From contig NC_068993.1 of NCBI RefSeq assembly GCF_001194135.2, positions 36,702,259 to 36,766,258 of the forward strand: a stretch of 64,000 bases of DNA, in the 5' to 3' direction. Under the pieces are notes generated by a model that was not told where the DNA came from, did no database searches, and was given only the letters and a program-made list of their open reading frames with translations. The stretch is from Octopus bimaculoides (Eukaryota). Shown piece after piece: positions 39,724 through 53,700 of this stretch (positions within the stretch are counted from its first letter, which is position 1; each line of letters begins with the position of its first letter). The translations under genes were made by a program, and so were the position numbers.

Positions 39724-42468
39724 TATTTCTTTCACCACACGTATTCACATCAAGAATCTTGCACACCAAATACACGTACGAAATGCTTCAAGTCTGTTTT
39801 GTTTTTTATCTACAGCATTGAGCTCCAATGTCAACCAAGCCAAAGCAGAGAGCTCAATGCAGTAGATAAACATGGATGTTAAATGAAGATGATGAATTTC
39901 AGTCAGATACTCAAGAAGGATAAAGTTATTGTCCTATTCAAATATACATTAATTATCTCAACTACAATCATTGCATATCTGATTCCTTTCTGATATACAA
40001 TATCAGAAAAGCTATGCTGCCTGGACCCTCGCTACAAATGAGATAGTAAAATATCAAATCTAGCAAATATTTGAAATTCAGTTTTTACTTTACTTTCAGT
40101 CATATTTTGTATTTCATTAATTAAAATTTTCCTTATAATTAGTTCAGTAATTAATTATCATCACAACTTTTGATTGTTAAAAACAAATGTAAACACATCC
40201 TTTGTTGATTGTGTTCTCTTTTCTTCATTACAGTTAAATTTCAGGTTAAGGTAGCTCAAAGATTTTAACATGGGAAACGATTTTGGGCAAGATGTAACAA
40301 TTCAAAAATAAATAAAAATCAAAAGACAAAGAAATATAAGTGATAACTAAAGAGAGATAACAAGAAAATGTAAAAGTCAAATTGATGGCAATGAAACAAA
40401 AGATATTAATTTATCCTCTGGGTCAGAGAATTATTTGTACTTTATCCAGAGTAAAGATAAATCTTGCAGAATCAAGGAAAAGAAAAGTAAAGAGAGAGCA
40501 TACATGAGAGAATAATCAAAATATCTGCTGCTATCAAATACAAAGGCTAAATTAAAGGATAACTTTTGAACAATAATTCATATGGATATCATCGTCATCG
40601 TTTAATGTCCATTTTCCATGCTGGCATGGGTTGGACAGTTTGACAGGAGCTGGCCAACCAGAGAGCTGTCCTGGCTCCAATTGTTTGTTTGGCACAGTTT
40701 ACATGGCTGGATGCCCTTCCTAATGGCAACCACTCTACAGAGTGTGCTGGGTGCTTTTTGCATTTACATGGCACTGGTACAAGTGCATTTTATGTGGCAC
40801 TAGCACAAGTATATGACTTTGACATGCAATTTTGAAATGTGATTTTAACAAAATTCATTTATTTATCAACTATATATTTCTGGATTTTGGTAGCATATAG
40901 AAGGAAAAGATAGCAGAAAATGTTTTATGATTCATGTCAAAAATATATAATAAATTACACAGATGTAATAAAAGTTTAAAACATCAATCCTGACAGACTG
41001 ATGTTATCATTGTAGCATAGGGAACTGTAGTGGAAGGCATTGGGAAACAGATGAAGTTCTGTTGCTCATGGCTGTCTGTTATTAATAGCAAATTTTCTGG
41101 TATTTTGGATTTTATGATATTTCAATGCACTTTAGAATTACAGAAACTTCTCTTTACATAAATGTCAAGAGTAACAAGTTTTCACAGCAATATGGACAAT
41201 GAAGAAGATCTATTAAACCTTGAAAGTACTACAAATCTGTGCTGTTCAAGTAAGATAAGATACCTTTATGAGTGGGGATGAGAACAGGACTGTTTGTAGA
41301 AACAGAAATCAAGAGAAAAATGAAACAAAATTTTAAATAATTGTTAAATTTATATTTTTTTTTGATAAAACTTCTTATGCATTATGAACTATTCAACTTA
41401 TTTATTTAATCCTTTTCATAACAACCAATCTGAAAGCACCCTTGGTTCTATGACACAAATTCCTTGATTTAAAATAATCTAAATTAAAACCTTCCATCAA
41501 AATTTCTTGTTCATTCATATTTCAAGCACTGTCTGAATAATGGCAGTGTTTCTAACATACATATTCTTTGACTTGTTTCAGTCATGTGACCATGGCCATG
41601 CTGGAGCACTGGCTTAAAGAGTTTTTCAGTTGAAGAAATCAAGCCCAGGACTTATTCTCTGTAAGCCTGGTACTTATTCTATTGGTCTCTTTTGCCAAAC
41701 CACTGAGTTAAATATGGTAAGAAAAGGGTTAATATTTTGAGAGGAAAATAAATTTAGGTACAAGACCTGAAATGTAGGGAAGGTTTGTGACTGGTATTGT
41801 ATTGACTTCACAAGGATGAAGGGCAAAGTTGACTTTGGCAGGATTTGAACTCAGAATATAAAAGATTTGAAACAATTATTGCAAGACATTTTTCTAAAAA
41901 GCTCCAAGGATTCTGTTAATGATGATGATGATGATGATGATGCCACTGCCACCGCTGCACCTGTTGTATCTGATTATATTCAATGCTACTTCACAGCTGT
42001 TCTGACCTCTGATTCTGACAACCCTGCATCCTCATTGTCGTTTCTAATGAGGACAGCAATTATTGAGAGGTGTGGGTTTACCATTTACATCAATCCCAGT
42101 CCTCAAATGGTACTTTTTGCTTTATCAATCCCAAGGGTATGAATGCCAAAGCTGACCTCAGCAGGATTTGAAATCAGAATGTAAGGAACTGGAAAAAATA
42201 CAAGCTATTTTCCTAGAAAGCACTAACAATTTTGTCAATCAAGATTATGATGATGACAATGATGATGCCACCATTTCCCATCTGATCCCATTTACTGTTA
42301 GGTCATGGCTGTTGTAACCCCTAATCAGTTCTGAGAAACATGAAAACAACTGATACAAGAATTAAAAATCACCAGTGAGCCATCGAAGGTGATATGGTGG
42401 TTTGATTAAACTTCAATTGGATAACTGGTATTGTAGCTATGGTTATCTTGTCTTCATTGCAGACATAC

Positions 42469-42605
42469 TGTAATAAAACATGAGCAAACCCCTTCATTTT
42501 ATAAATGGTAGGAGATTTGGTTGCCATATTAAGTAACAGGCTATGCATCTGCACAAAGACTTGATCACTGACTAAACGGATTAGATCACTGGTTGTTTTT
42601 AAAAC
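42469..42605 (-). CDS. Candidate exon VLKTTSDLIRLVSDQVFVQMHSLLLNMATKSPTIYKMKGFAHVLL+ca, phase 0 to 2
   Basis: 137 nt open (part of track ORF 42369..42617), donor aca|gtatgt, moderate acceptor ttgaatcaccag, amphipathic-helix-like peptide. Confidence 0.62.
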
Positions 42606-42787
42606 CTGGTGATTCAAGATTCAATGAATGAACACGAGAGCTCTGATGTGATAATTCAAACTTCTAGAAATAGCAACCAAATTCCTATTTAGACCTACCC
42701 CTTCAGTCTTAAGAAGGGAAAATGTAATTTATGATAATACACTCTTTGAAAAAGAAAATAGCTGTGATGGTTATGGTTGGAATCTAC

Positions 42788-42844
42788 AGGTCTTCTGGAT
42801 CAGAAACAACAATATCAACTAGGTAGGTTAATTCAATATATTGC
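42788..42844 (-). CDS. Possible exon QYIELTYLVDIVVSDPED, phase 2 to 2 (alternative chain)
   Basis: Acceptor ctattcaaattag, weak donor cct|gtagat. Protein-like, but does not fit the phase-0 junction used in the main chain. Confidence 0.28.
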
Positions 42845-42867
42845 CTAATTTGAATAGGAAAGTATAC

Positions 42868-42922
<55 letters not shown>

Positions 42923-43878
42923 NNNNNNNNNNNNNNNNNNNNNNNNNNNNNNNNNNNNNNNNNNNNNNNNNNNNNNNNNNNNACACACACACACACACAC
43001 ACACATTCATATATATACACACACATCCATCTTTCATACATTAATACTGTTCTCCCCACTCAAACTTTCATTGACGCCACCACCCCTACTGAACCCGCCA
43101 GATTATCCCTTCTCCTCCACCATCATACATCTCCTACTCTCCTCATGCAACTTACCCAACCATGTCTGTCTGTCTGTCTCTCTCTCATCTTTCTCCTGCC
43201 TGCTGTATCACCATTATTATTCTGCTGCTCCGCACTATTAGTCATTCCCTACTCCCCTTCTCATCCTCCCTATCTTGTGTATCATTGGTAGCCCACCATT
43301 CGCAACATCAGCTCCCTCCCAATCTTTACAATAATCGCCTACCTCCTCCCCCACCAACTCCTCATTTCTCACCCCCTCCATTATCTCTGGCAATATCCAT
43401 CCACTCACTCCTCTTGTCTCTCGCTGGCTCTCTCATTTCTACTCAACTTGTACCTTGTGGGTCCACCCTGGTACCTTGTCACCACTATTTTTATCTTTTT
43501 CCAGTTCCACCCAGTCACTCCAACCCTCTCCTCTAAAATGTGAGTACTCATGTAGTTTCTCTACAACAAGCAACCTGTTATGCTCTGATCCCCTTCACTC
43601 ACACTTTTATTCCCATCTCCTGACATAAAGCTGCCCCTAAGTGTTCATAATCTTGCAAGCTACATAACAGCCTCAATAGGGCTGGTGGCATGAAATAAGC
43701 ACCTAGTACATTCTGTAATGTGGTTAATGTTAGGAAGGGCATCCAGTTGTAAAAAAACCATACCAAACTAGGTACTGGAGCATAATGCTATCTGCTGGAC
43801 AAAATTGGATCCTCTCCAACCATACAATCCATACCAGCATGGAACATGTATGTTAAATGAGGATGATACATCTGCACG

Positions 43879-43930
<52 letters not shown>

Positions 43931-45248
43931 GAGAGAGAGAGAGACAGAAATGAATTAATACTCCATGCTAAATACAAATATTGAAACATACAACGAAACT
44001 TTGCTGTTTTTAGCAATAAGTGTGAAAAAAACAAAATGAAACCAAAATGTAAACAACATTTATCTATATACAGTCAGTTAGTCTTCATATATAACATGTT
44101 ATGGATTTGTTAGATTAAAACTATCAGCATTACACAATCTGGACTGCTGAAAACAATATGAAACAGTGCATACGTGTAACAGAAAATTAAGTAAACATGA
44201 GACTTGAGATTAATTAATACAACAAACAGTGAGTAACCACAGACTGAACCACTACAACATACTGATGGTTTCCATTATCATCATCATTTAATGTTTACTT
44301 TTTCATGCTTGTATGGGTCAAACGGAATTAGTTGAGGCTGATTTTTCTATAGCTGGATGCTCTTCCCATTGCCAACTCTCACCTGTTTTCAAATAAGGTG
44401 ATATTTCCTTGAGTCACACATGTTTTTCATGGAAACAAACATTCCTTGTATGACAGTGATACTTGTCCTGCAACTATTATGTGATGTCAAGGCAAGGGTA
44501 CACACACACACACACACACACTTTCTGCTATTCTATTGGAGCCTGTCAATGAATATTCAGATTGGTTTAGTTCCTACCTATTTCTTCCTTAAATACTGAA
44601 CAGGACCAATTATGTAATGCTTTGGAACATCATAAAATATACACACTCAGATATATATGTACACATAGGATGGGATTCTTGTAGTTTGTTTACCAAATTC
44701 ATTCACAAGGCATTGCTCATCCCTGGGCAATAACGGAAGACACTTGCCCATGGTGCAGCAGAGTGGGGCTGAACCTGAGACACACATAGCCACATCAACT
44801 CCTGTCAGTAAGTTGTTTGAGAAAACAAATTTTAAATATTAACCTAGGACTGATTAGGGTACAATAAGTGGTAACTTCACGCCAAAGAAACAAAATAGAG
44901 CAAGGAATTATGGGGACACTATGGCTTTTGATGTTGTTGTTTCAAATATATAAATAGCTAAGTATAGAAATGAAAGTAGAAATTCCTTCAGGGGATGACA
45001 AGGTATGAGTATGTTTTTATTCTTGTTGAAACAGACATGTCATTTAAAGTTCAGAGTAGTGGTAGAATGACAAAAAGTAATCAACCAAAAGCGAAGATCT
45101 AAACTTGCATAAATATAAAACCTATCCTCAGGGGGGAAAAAAAGAAAGAAAAGAAAAACAATGAACATATATAACAATGGAAATAAAATAAAGAGAATAA
45201 AAAATAGTTAACATAAACTTGTCTTTAAGGTCTGTCAACAAGTTTGAA

Positions 45249-45339
<91 letters not shown>

Positions 45340-45724
45340 TTGAATATACACATATATGGTGTGCATATATGTGTATAGATATATATATCATGATCATCCA
45401 TGGTAGACCCACCCCGCCCAACAAACACAAAAAGTATAGCCAATGGTGTATGCAGAACACATTCCATTAGAGCTGATTAGTCTACATACATATGGTCAAA
45501 TTCCAATCACAGACAACAATGTAAAACTCTTGCTGAAAATGGGGTTATCGCAATGCTGTTTGGTGAAACACTAGCTTTTGGCACTGTAGTACTGAAGAGA
45601 GATAGAACATCACAAAACACAATTTAACCACATTCCTGATAGGACAAGACAAGGTCTAACCAAATCAATTTACCATTAGATGTCCTCATTAGTAATCATG
45701 ATAATTAAATTTTCTAACTAAAAG

Positions 45725-46170
45725 TAGTGAAGATTCTTACGGAACCTCATAGTCAGCTTTGAACACCAACACATCTTTAAATAAACACCTGAGGATCATT
45801 TGTGTGTGTGGTTGTTAATTATATAAAATCTAAGAAACAAATACACTCAAGAAGACCCATCTGCCACAGAAGAATTGATACCAGTGCTGGGGCCACATAA
45901 AAAGCCCCCAGTACATTCTGTGGAGTGGTTGGCATTAGGAAGAGCATCTAGCCATAGAAACCATGCCAGAACAGACAATGGAGCGAGCCTGGTGCAGACC
46001 CTGGCTTTACTAGCTCTGGTCAAACCGTCCAACCTGTGCCAGCCTGGAAAACAGATGTTGAATGATGATGATAACTCAAGAAAGATATTGAAAAGAAGGT
46101 TCTTATGGAACCTCAGAGTCAGCTTTGAACACCACATTTTTAAATGAATGCCTGAGGATCATTTGTTAAG
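45725..46170. repeat. About 366-bp tandem duplication (1.2 units) including an exon-like segment and an RTE-tailed SINE; a further partial copy at 48312-48611
   Basis: Shared unique flanks and SINE with scattered substitutions and indels between copies. Confidence 0.9.
45741..45788 (-). CDS. Possible 48-nt symmetric exon CLFKDVLVFKADYEV(P) (phase 2-2; a phase 1-1 frame is also open)
   Basis: Acceptor aaatgatcctcag, donor tcc|gtaaga. A donor-less duplicate lies at 46107-46151. Confidence 0.38.
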
Positions 46171-47745
46171 TCGATAAATTATAAACTTATCATAATTATA
46201 AGTTTATAGGCGCAGGTATGGCTTTGTAATCATGTAGTTTGGGGTCCAATCCCGCAGCACAGCACCTTAGGTAAGTGACTTTACTACAGCCTCAGACCAA
46301 CCAATGCCTTGTGAGATAATTTAGCACAAGAACTACGTGGAAGCCTGTTATGTGTATGTGTGTGTTTGGCAGTGTCAGCATTAAACAATGTTTAGGCATA
46401 AGTTTAGGTTAGTTAAAAATATGACATATTTCAACTGCTGAAAGGCAAATTGTACTGTAGTTACCATGTAGAAAAAAATTCTCTCTTATGGTGAAAGGGT
46501 GTAAAAACACAATGTCTGTCCAATACTGGCCCCTGTCAGATTTCCATATGCATTTCTAGCTCTTTAGCCGTTATCAATGGAAAATACCAAAGAGAGGTAC
46601 CTCTGGAGAGATTTAAGGCCATAGCTTTAACTAAAACAGTCAACAACATTGGCTAAGCTGTACCACTGGACCATCAGGGTAGAAGAAATTCAGCAGTATC
46701 AGCACCAAGCAGTGTTTAGGCATAAGCGAACTTTAGATTAGTTAAAATAGGTTAGTTGTAAACATACATGTGTGTGTGTGTGTGTGTGTTTATCTTCTTG
46801 ACAACCAGAGTTGGCTGGTTTACATCCTCATAACTTAGCAGTTTGCCCAAAGAGACCAGTGGAATAAGTACTAAAATTTTTAAAATATGTACTGGGATTG
46901 GTTTGGTCAGCTAAACCCTTCAAGCCAATGTCCCAGCACGGCTGCAGTCCAATGACTGAAACAAGCCCTATCTAAGCCCTCAACATAAAATTATTGATAT
47001 TAATGATCAAAATTTATATCTTTAGAATAATTGATAGACTAATCAGGTTATCAAAAACACTTTTCATATAAAGTTCTATACAAATATGAAGGTACCAGTT
47101 ATCATATGACCTCTGATGATCAGAGAGAGAGGTATAAACAGAAATTGATCTAAATATGGCTCAACTAAAAAGATTTTGTTCAAAACTATTTTGATAAGGT
47201 GTTTAGTAAATAAAAATGTTTTATCATACCAACAGTGACTTGTTGAACAAAGTTATCAAAATGGTGCCAATGACAGCTGATTAGTTAAGATATTGTTATC
47301 AAGTAATTTGTTTGTTACAAGGTCTCTGTATGTATGTATGTGTGTGTGTGAGTGTGTAAGAAAGATAGGTCTTTTTCTATACAAAGTCATATGGCAGCTT
47401 TTGTAGTTAACTTTTGTTTGGGTCAATTATACAAATGGAGAAAATTATTTTTGTCCTGGGTATATTGGTGGCATTGAGATCACAGATAAGCTGAGAAAAG
47501 ATGAATAAAAACAGCTTTCTGAAGAACACAAGGCTTTTCATGAAATACAGCTGAGAAGCCCAACAACCACAACGAAAGAAGCAGCGGCAGCAGCAGCAGC
47601 ATAAACGAAAATACAGAGTGGAGAGATAAATACTGATTCAGAACAGAGAATAAAAGTGCAATAATTTATAAAACGAATCATGAATTATTTAGTTTGGGTA
47701 TGTTATTTAGAATAGTTAGAGACCTCAAGGAGCCAGAAAAATGAC

Positions 47746-47864
47746 CAAGCTGTTCATCAGTTCAAACCCTGCTACTGTCATTATGTTGTCATTGTGGGCA
47801 GGAGAATTAACATTAAACATCTCGAATAAAAAGCTCAGTCTTGTAATGACTGAACTGAAAATAC
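47746..47864 (-). CDS. Candidate exon (G)IFSSVITRLSFLFEMFNVNSPAHNDNIMTVAGFELMNSL, phase 1 to 0
   Basis: Acceptor ctcatttttag, open frame within track ORF 47725..47940. Donor ttg|gtcatt is weak, so the 3' end is uncertain. Confidence 0.45.
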
Positions 47865-47934
47865 CTAAAAATGAGTTTATTAAAATGCTTATAGTCTCTT
47901 TACTTGTGGTCAGATTGTGAAATGTAGCAATCAT

Positions 47935-48240
47935 CATCATCGTTTAACATCTGCTTTCTATGCTAGCATGGGTTGGACGATCTTACTGAGGACTGGCAAA
48001 CCAGATGGCTACATCAGGCTCCAATCTGATTTGGCAGAGTTTCTACAGCTGGATGCCCTTCCTTACGCCAACCACTCCGAGAGTGTAGTGGGTGCTTTTA
48101 CATGCCACCGGCACGAAGGCCAGTCAGGCGGTACTAGCAACGGCCATGCTCAAAATGGTGTATTTTACGTGCCACCTGCACAGGAGCCAGTCCAGCGGCA
48201 CTGGTAACGATCTTGCTTGAACGTCTTTACATGTGCCACT
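47935..48240 (-). mobile_element. RTE-tailed SINE family C, young copy (others at 1-260, 11220-11390, 40590-40800, 43690-43865, 55070-55260, 63720-63915)
   Basis: catcatcgtttaac...catgctagcatgggttggac...ctggatgcccttcc; ends in (GAT)n on its sense strand. Confidence 0.85.
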
Positions 48241-48629
48241 GGCACTCATAGCAATATTGCAGGAAAACAAAAACAACTTTATTTTTTAAATGTAATTGTT
48301 AAAGACAATATTGTGTATGTGTGGTTGTTAATTAATTATATAAAATCTAAAAAACATACACTCAAGATCCATCTGCTACAGAAGAATTGATACTAGTGCT
48401 GGTGCCACATAAAAAGCCCCCAGTACATTCTGTGGAGTGGTTGGCATTAGGAAGAGCATCTAGCCATAGAAACCATGCCAGAACAGACAATGGAGCGAGC
48501 CTGGTGCAGCCCATGGCTTTACTAGCTCTAGTCAAACCATCCAACTTGTGCCAGCATGGAAAACAGATGTTGAATGATGATGCTGATGACTCAAGAAAGA
48601 TGCTGAAAAGAAGTGTTTGTAATAAATTA

Positions 48630-49120
48630 AATGCAATTAGCAATAGATATGAACATACAAACATCACAAACAAAAAGGTTTTCGCCCTGGCATTTTTTTG
48701 GCAGCTTTTCCATTATGAAATTTCGAGGAAAGTTGAGTTACTCTCTTCAGAATCAACATGCCAAGGTATGCATGAATTTCATCAACAAATATAAGAATAA
48801 AGTTGATTGCCCCTTTTGTTATGAAATTGTACTGATCAATTCAATGGATACCATTGAAAAAGTACTCAACATGCTTTACATCAAATCCTACGGGTATTTT
48901 TGAACTTAAAGCACTTGCAAAAGGTTCAGTGACCGACCATTCTTTCTGGTAAAATTTCATCCAAGTCACTTGATGGAACATCAGATGGATCTAAATCAGA
49001 CATCAAAGTACATATGGAAGAAATAGCTATCATCCCTAAAGCCTTATCTGCCATTAATTCATTAATTAAAATACTGAATAAATTGTTTCTCAAAGAATGA
49101 TCAGCAGTCATTTACAAATA
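48630..49120 (-). mobile_element. piggyBac transposase relic (N-terminal half)
   Basis: Acidic SDLDPSDVPSSDLDE, then ...VEYFFNG..*IDQY...VDEIHAYLGMLILKR, matching the piggyBac E(I/L)xA(Y/F)LGxLIL motif; internal stop and frameshift. Confidence 0.7.
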
Positions 49121-49997
49121 GTGTCAATAGAAAACACAGTATGGTGGTCGCAAAAATTCAGCAATGCAAGGGGCATGGGGTCAGTGTTAATAACAAACAT
49201 TACAAAATGCTAGATGAGTGGGATCAACCTCATTGTTACCATATTTTCATTGAAATACATTACTTTTCTTTCAAATTAATTCAAAAAAATAATGAAGAAT
49301 ATAATAAAATAACCCATATTATTAAACTGAAGTTTAGAACATAAATTAACATGAAATTTTATAAGGGAGTTTACTGATTTCCAGTTGCAATCATGCAGGA
49401 GTGCTACCTTGAAGGATTCAATCAAACAAATCAAACCCAATACTTATTTTTTTAAAGTCTGGTACTTATTCTATCAGTCTTTTTTGTCAAACCACTAAGT
49501 TACAGGGACATAAACAGAGCAACACCAGTTGTCAAGCAGTGGCTGGGTAGAAACACGAATGATAGGCTTCCATACAGATTCCGTCTACCAAATTCACTCG
49601 AAAGGCTTTGGTTGGCCTGGGGCTAGAGTAGAAAAACACTTGCACAAGGTTCTGCTCGGGGGGACTGAATCTGAAGCTTCTTAGCCACACAGCCGTGCCT
49701 GTGTGCTTTAGATCCCTTTGTAAATGAAAATCTGTACCATAAAACCAAGAGCAGCTTTAAGCAGTTTGGTTTCAAAAAGGTTAAGATTAGAGATGGTAGT
49801 TTGATTTTTGTGTGGTTTGAGGCAGAGAAATGCAATGTCACAGATTTGTATTGTTTAGGAAGTTAGGAGTTAAACTTATGTCTCTTAATTTGTTTGACTT
49901 AGGTAGTTGGTTGTTGTCCTATTTCAGAGACGAATGTTTCACAAATAAGAAAGGAAACTAAGCACAAATATCAAAAATTTGCACACATTTATATGCA

Positions 49998-50635
49998 TAC
50001 CGTAAATCCTCGAGTATAATCCGCATTTTCCCCCCCAAAATTTAAAGGTCAAAATCCCTAGTTCATACTATATACGAGGTTAAAAATGAAAAATATTTTC
50101 TAAGCAATGTCCGAGTCTCTATTTGCTGTCCAGCAATGTTTATTCAGATGCATTTTGTGATGTCGGGCATGAAAATACCTTAAGCTAAGCCTGAAAGCAA
50201 TGAAGTCATAAAATAATCATCCATAACTTGCAGTAAGCAACGAACAAATGGAACAGTTATTTGATGCTGAAAGTGACGTTGAAGTTGAAGGATTTGAATA
50301 AATGTTTTTGCTTTTGTAACTGATAGTGATAAACATGTAAAGGCAATTTACTTAATATTTATTTTTCACTGACGTTATTACTGTTTTTTCTTTATTTTCT
50401 GCAAACAAAGTGCACAAGGAAACTACACGTTTGCATTATGTTACATCTACAAAAATAATAAAGGACGTTACCGTATATACGTTTACAAACCAAGGACGTT
50501 ATATAGACCTCCTTGACTCAAGTTAGAGAAGGGGTGCGTATTATACACAAGGTTTAGGTCTTTCAGAGGTACAGCCCCCTAAAAATCCCCTGCGTATTAT
50601 ACTCAAGGGCGGACTATACTCGAGGATTTACAGCA
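49998..50635. mobile_element. pogo/Tigger-like MITE (about 634 bp)
   Basis: TA-ccgtaaatcctcgagtataatccgc ... gcggactatactcgaggatttacag-CA. Confidence 0.85.
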
Positions 50636-52441
50636 CTCAGTTTTTAAAAATGTTTTCTGTTAGTGTCTAATGATACAGAATACTGATTAGACAATCTCTT
50701 TATGCATAATGTTTTAGACAGTATAATTATTTTGATCACTAAAAACCAGAAAATAGAGCTGAATTTATGTTAAGGCACAACATCTTGAAATGTCCATAAT
50801 GTGTGATAAATAGGATCTTACTAAGGTACTAAGAGCTTATTTCAAAAGTTACTAAACACTTCCTTTATCGCTAGCCTTAATTCTCTCCCCCTCTCTCTCT
50901 CTTACCATCACTCATTAGTCATTCTCCCATATTACTCCTTCTCCAACTACTCCCTCTGTTGTCCTGTCTCTCTCTCTCTTTTCCTCCGCCATGCTGATCA
51001 CCATATTTCTATTCAATATCGTTACCAACAACTGTGAAGCAGCTCTCTACCTCTCCACTTTTTCACTCACTCCAATCATTCTGGTCCTCTTCCATCACTT
51101 TTCTTCTATCTGCCTGGAGCAAGACAAACTCTCAGGTGCTGGTGAATGAATAAATGAGGCAATGTAGGGCAGAAAGGATTTTTTAAAATCTTGTGGAGTA
51201 CATGACTTCCCTAGACCCAGTACTTTGGCAATATGCTTCCAGTTACATTCTCTAAGGTGATTAGCAAATGAACAGAAACAACAAATGAGAGAGGATTCTT
51301 TAATCTTGTCAAGGACATAGTAACCTCACTGATACTGTACCATGGTAACATATACTCAATAAAATATATAATGTGGTTGATCAACAAAGATAACCTAGAG
51401 TAAAGAGTATGTTTTGGTCTTGTCAAGAACACGACAACTCCTCTAATGATGGTGCCATTGTAACATATACCCAATACAATACAATCTGTAAAGTGGTTGG
51501 TGATAGGGAAACTTTCAAACTGTAGGAAAATGCTAAAAATGGAATATAAGAGCAAACCTTGGTCCCTGATCCACCTTCTCTGAACAAGAACTGATTCAGT
51601 ATTCTGACAATCACTCAACCCATTCCAGCATAGGAAAGTGGGCATAAAATGATGATAAACGATTAGTAGAGCATAAAAATACAGATTCAAACAATATAAC
51701 CACAATGACATGTGGAAGTTAGTAATAGTAGAACAGTAAAATAGCTCTATCAGAACAGAGAAATATGTTTACTGAGACCTTTTTTACTGCACTTCATTGT
51801 ATTGTACTCATTATAGTATAACACTGTATTCTACTTGGTACTGTACTATACTATGCAGTATTGTACTTGGTACCCAGGCTGTTGCCTCCCATATATTAAA
51901 TTGGAGATGATTCAGATGTAGATGTGGTCAAATTGACCTCCCCCCACTCCCCAGTCATCTCAGAGCAAGTCTGGCATTGATACACTTCAAATAACACTAG
52001 ATCTGTCTCTCCAACAGATCTTTTGGAAGCTTCGAGAAAAAATATACCACCAATATGGTTTACTAACCACTGTTGGTCATTTACCCACATGCACCACAAA
52101 GGCCCAAATCAGTGAACCATCTCCACACAGCATGGGGTGGCTTTTTGATTCTGATTTAGATTTTCTGTCATAATTTTAGGAAACACAAGAGAGAGAGAGA
52201 AAGAGAGAGAGNNNNNNNNNNNNNNNNNNNNNNNNNNNNNNNNNNNNNNNNNNNNNNNNNNNNNNNNNNNNNNNNNNNNNNNNNNNNNNNNNNNNNNNNN
52301 NNNNNNNNNNNNNNNNNNNNNNNNNNNNNNNNNNNNNNNNNNNNNNNNNNNNNNNNNNNNNNNNNNNNNNNNNNNNNNNNNNNNNNNNNNNNNNNNNNNN
52401 NNNNNNNNNNNNNNNNNNNNNNNNNNNNNNNNNNNNNNNNN

Positions 52442-52499
<58 letters not shown>

Positions 52500-52624
52500 T
52501 ACTTGATAGTAAAGTTATTGGAAATAAAAAGTGACCTACAAAAGGTAGCTGAAAATAAATGTCAAGAAGAACAACATGAATAATGAAACAATATATGAAC
52601 TAGCATTCTATTGGTTACAATGAC

Positions 52625-52860
52625 TAGTGTTCCAGTTGACCTGGTCAACAAAACAGCCTGTTCTCAGATTCAGTGAGACAAAGATTGTGACAAGGCTGGC
52701 CCTTTGAAATACAGGTAGTACTCATTTTTGTCAGCTGAGTGGGCTGGAGCAATGTGCAGTCAAGTGTCTTGCTCAAGGATACAATGTGAAACCAGGAATC
52801 AAACTCATGGCCTTACGATCGTGAGCAGAATAGCTTAATCACTAAGCCATGAGCCTTCCC
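52625..52860 (-). mobile_element. CORE-type tRNA-derived SINE (others at 8085-8190, 24930-25100, 53380-53530)
   Basis: aagtgtcttgctcaagga.acaa block typical of CORE/MIR-like SINEs, plus a tRNA-like head. Confidence 0.6.
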
Positions 52861-53669
52861 ACCAAACAGTAAATAATATTTATAGCAATGAGACTTTGAC
52901 ACACAGACAAAAGTAATGATTATTATTTGTTGTGATAACGTTGACACAATGGAGGTTATGATGACAATGTTATGATTACAAAGAAGAATGTGTCATATAC
53001 AATTACATGTTAGAGAATGTTTTAAAAAGTTCAGTCATTACTTAAATAAAGGATTTAATTTTTCCTTCACCAACTATTCATTACACACACACACACACTC
53101 TTTCTCTCTCTAAGATATTATTGCTTATAAATGTACAAGCTGATAATAAGGAAAGAAAGGCCTCAATCTCAGACCTGTAGTTCTCCTGTCATGAAAACCA
53201 AAGTTTTTAAAAACACACACATAGATACATATAAATATTTATGAAATACAGAAGAGCTAGAAATGACAGCTAAATGAGCAATTATGATAGTCTCTACATG
53301 ATGTTATTGTCTCATGGCAACCATGTCTTAAAAATGCTACCAGCTATATCTATATAGTGAAGGTATGTAGTCTAGTGCTTTGGGGGCTGCACTCTTGGTT
53401 GTAAGAATGCAGTTTCGCTTCCTAGGCCAACAGTGCACTGTGTTCTTGAGCAAATTACTTCTTGTTGCTCCAGTCCACTCAGTTGTAAAATGGTAACTTT
53501 GCAATGGACTGGTGTTCTTTTCAAGGGGAATGATGACCTACTTGCCTAATCAGCAGGGTGACATCACTCAAAAGAAACAACAATGCAAGGAATTGGATTT
53601 TGACCAGCAATGCATAGCACATCTGATAGTCTGGTTAATACAGTGATTATATATATATANNNNNNNNNN

Positions 53670-53700
<31 letters not shown>

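Noticed and set aside
42469-42605. Resemblance of LKTTS...DQV...VW.HS to exportin-6
   Set aside because: Spacing differs and identity is far below what a conserved exportin should show; no gene symbol assigned.
18476-42822. Plus-strand exon-like segments (18476-18512, 25955-25981, 26327-26381, 41188-41249, 42790-42822) suggesting a nested antisense gene
   Set aside because: They are short, form no convincing chain or recognisable peptide, and such AG/GT pairs are expected by chance in 64 kb.
47987-48010. CTGAGGA plus 4-bp stem (hammerhead-like) in family-C SINEs; also 25265-25310 and 59230-59250
   Set aside because: No correctly placed GAAA/NUH or no helix II, so these are not hammerheads.
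48926-49111. Protein-like ORF (LRNNLFSILINELMADK...) as a host exon
   Set aside because: Downstream frames give piggyBac motifs (VDEIHAYLGMLIL) with a stop and frameshift, so it is transposase debris.
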